A DNA stretch of 64,000 nucleotides from a virus, in the IMG/VR virus record IMGVR_UViG_3300045988_180880, positions 224,001 through 288,000 of that record, one strand, 5' to 3'. The notes beneath the pieces were generated by a model. The model had not been told where the DNA came from, ran no database searches, and saw only the letters and a list, made by a program, of their open reading frames with translations. The translations under genes and the position numbers were made by a program. Of the stretch, positions 62,880 to 64,000 are shown one piece after another (position 1 is the first letter of the stretch; each line of letters opens with the position of its first letter).

Positions 62880-63451
62880 ATGTCTAAAAATGATAAATTA
62901 TTACCTGTACCATTAAAGTACACCTATCCGGTTGTAATGGAAATTTCTCCAAGTAACAAACCATTGAAAAATTAGACATCTATTGTAATAGGTGTGGAAA
63001 GTTTTTTAAACAAACAGCCTATGATCATGTTTATGGATCTGGATGTCCTGATTGTAATAAATTAGGAGGAAAAAGCGCATTAAATGTATTAAAGTGGTTA
63101 GAAACAAATCAAATTGATTATACAAGGGAATATTCTATAAAATTAAATAATAGGAACATTAGAATAGATTATGTTTTTAATTATAATAATTGTTGTTTGT
63201 GGATAGAGTATAATGGACTACAACATTATAAGAAAGTAGATTATTTTCATAAAACAGATGAAGGTTTTCTTAAACAATTAAATAGAGATAATGAAGTTAG
63301 AAAATATTGTAAAGAGAATAATATCATCCTTATAGAAATTCCGTATACATATAACACTTATGAAAAAGTAGAACAATTATTAAATCGAGTAATTTTAAAT
63401 GGAGAGGATATAAACTCTATTATAGATTATTCAAAATTATATAAAATATGA
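62880..63451 (+). pseudogene. frame-disrupted homing endonuclease (zinc ribbon plus Vsr/PD-(D/E)XK-like IEYNGxQH core)
   Basis: ATG at 62880 runs into TAG at 62973. The rest of the protein (CNRCG...GCPDC...WIEYNGLQHY) continues in the -1 frame from 62957 with no start of its own. Confidence 0.6.
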
Positions 63452-64000
63452 AAAAATCAGAAACAATATTTCAAAAGTTATTTTCAGGAATTAGTTTTGG
63501 AAATTCACGTATACCTTTAATTATGTAGTAGAGGCTTAAGATAGAATAAAATCTTAAGAAAATACCTTAAAATGCTGGAAAATATAAAATATAGATCAGC
63601 ATCTCTATTTATCGATTAAAAATAGAGTTCAACGACTATAGTAGGTACTTAGATAATATAGTCTAAATTTAATAAAATATATTAAAATAAATTGTACGTT
63701 CAAATGTATTTAGTAAAGGTGGGGGAAGAGGGTATTCTGTTATTGGAGGAACTGGAAATGGAAGATTCTTAGATAATGAAAGAAATTCGCCCTTACTTGG
63801 TAATTCACAGCCTTCTTCTAGGTTATCCGGTTATCTTGATAGAATGGCAGAGCTTAGGTCATATTATCTTTTAGATATTACAAAGATGGCTACAAATTTC
63901 TTTTCAGATTATGTAGTTAATTTTATATCTCAAGATACCCAACAAATAGTTTCTGTATTAAATCCTGAAGATTCTACAAATAATGAAGCTGTAACTACTC
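63448..64000 (+). CDS. portal-like protein, N-terminal part, two exons (3' end outside window)
   Basis: Exon 1 is 63448..63517 (MKKSETIFQKLFSGISFGNSRIP). Exon 2 starts at 63695 (L-RSNVFSKGGGRGYSV...). Exon 2 has no start codon of its own. The portal assignment is tentative. Confidence 0.55.
63518..63694 (+). mobile_element. group I intron (ORF-less, 177 nt)
   Basis: P1 is CCUU/GAGG with a U-G wobble at the splice site. Contains TTCAACGACTATAG and AATATAGTCTAA. It shares the AAATGCTGGAAA...ATCAGCA hairpin with the phoH intron. The only G after P7' is at 63694. Confidence 0.7.

Noticed and set aside
1-64000. Alternative genetic code (TGA or TAG reassignment) as an explanation for split or start-less ORFs.
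   Set aside because: TGA, TAG and TAA all terminate well-formed genes, often in ATGA overlaps. Trp is encoded by TGG throughout. The split genes are explained by introns whose junctions restore conserved motifs.
1-64000. CRISPR arrays, DGR template/variable repeats, integrase or attachment sites, toxin-antitoxin pairs.
   Set aside because: I found no regularly spaced direct repeats, no reverse transcriptase motif, no near-identical A-mutated repeat pair and no recombinase signature by eye. Absence cannot be proven without searches.

Overview
This window is AT-rich (judged by eye, not computed) and densely coding. It looks like part of a large dsDNA phage genome using standard code 11: TGA, TAG and TAA all act as stops, and ATGA start/stop overlaps are common. 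I saw no integrase, rRNA or CRISPR array.

Layout:
- 1-7.6 kb (+): end of a tail-fibre-like gene, a lysis-like cassette (lipoprotein, holin-like protein, papain-family peptidase) and small accessory genes.
- 8.4-12.4 kb (-): HExxH protein, VWA protein and MoxR/CobS-like AAA ATPase.
- 13.1-19.1 kb (+): SF2-helicase-like gene followed by small membrane proteins.
- 19-55 kb (mostly -): nucleotide and DNA metabolism. Thioredoxin, phosphatases, KilA-N protein, nrdG, an nrdD split by four group I introns, an FtsH-like AAA-metalloprotease, an intron-split phoH, a GMP-reductase/IMPDH-family enzyme, a fused Mre11-Rad50 protein, T4 RNase H-like FEN, SSB, and a second inverted copy of the helicase-like gene.
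- 55.6-64 kb (+): small proteins sharing an N-terminal decapeptide, four tRNAs, homing-endonuclease genes, sRNA-like units, and the intron-split start of a portal-like gene.

The most unusual signal is two shufflon-like segments (2945-3638 and 7628-8335). Each is bounded by inverted copies of a conserved 15-25 nt site and holds two convergent ORFs of about 110 codons. These ORFs begin exactly in the site and have no usable start codon.

Other notable items:
- Six td-like group I introns, three of them only 160-193 nt.
- Three long, helix-rich non-coding regions.
- tRNA-hairpin-endonuclease modules.
- A shared N-terminal peptide on at least seven proteins.

All functional calls rest on motifs read by eye. 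No database search was possible.
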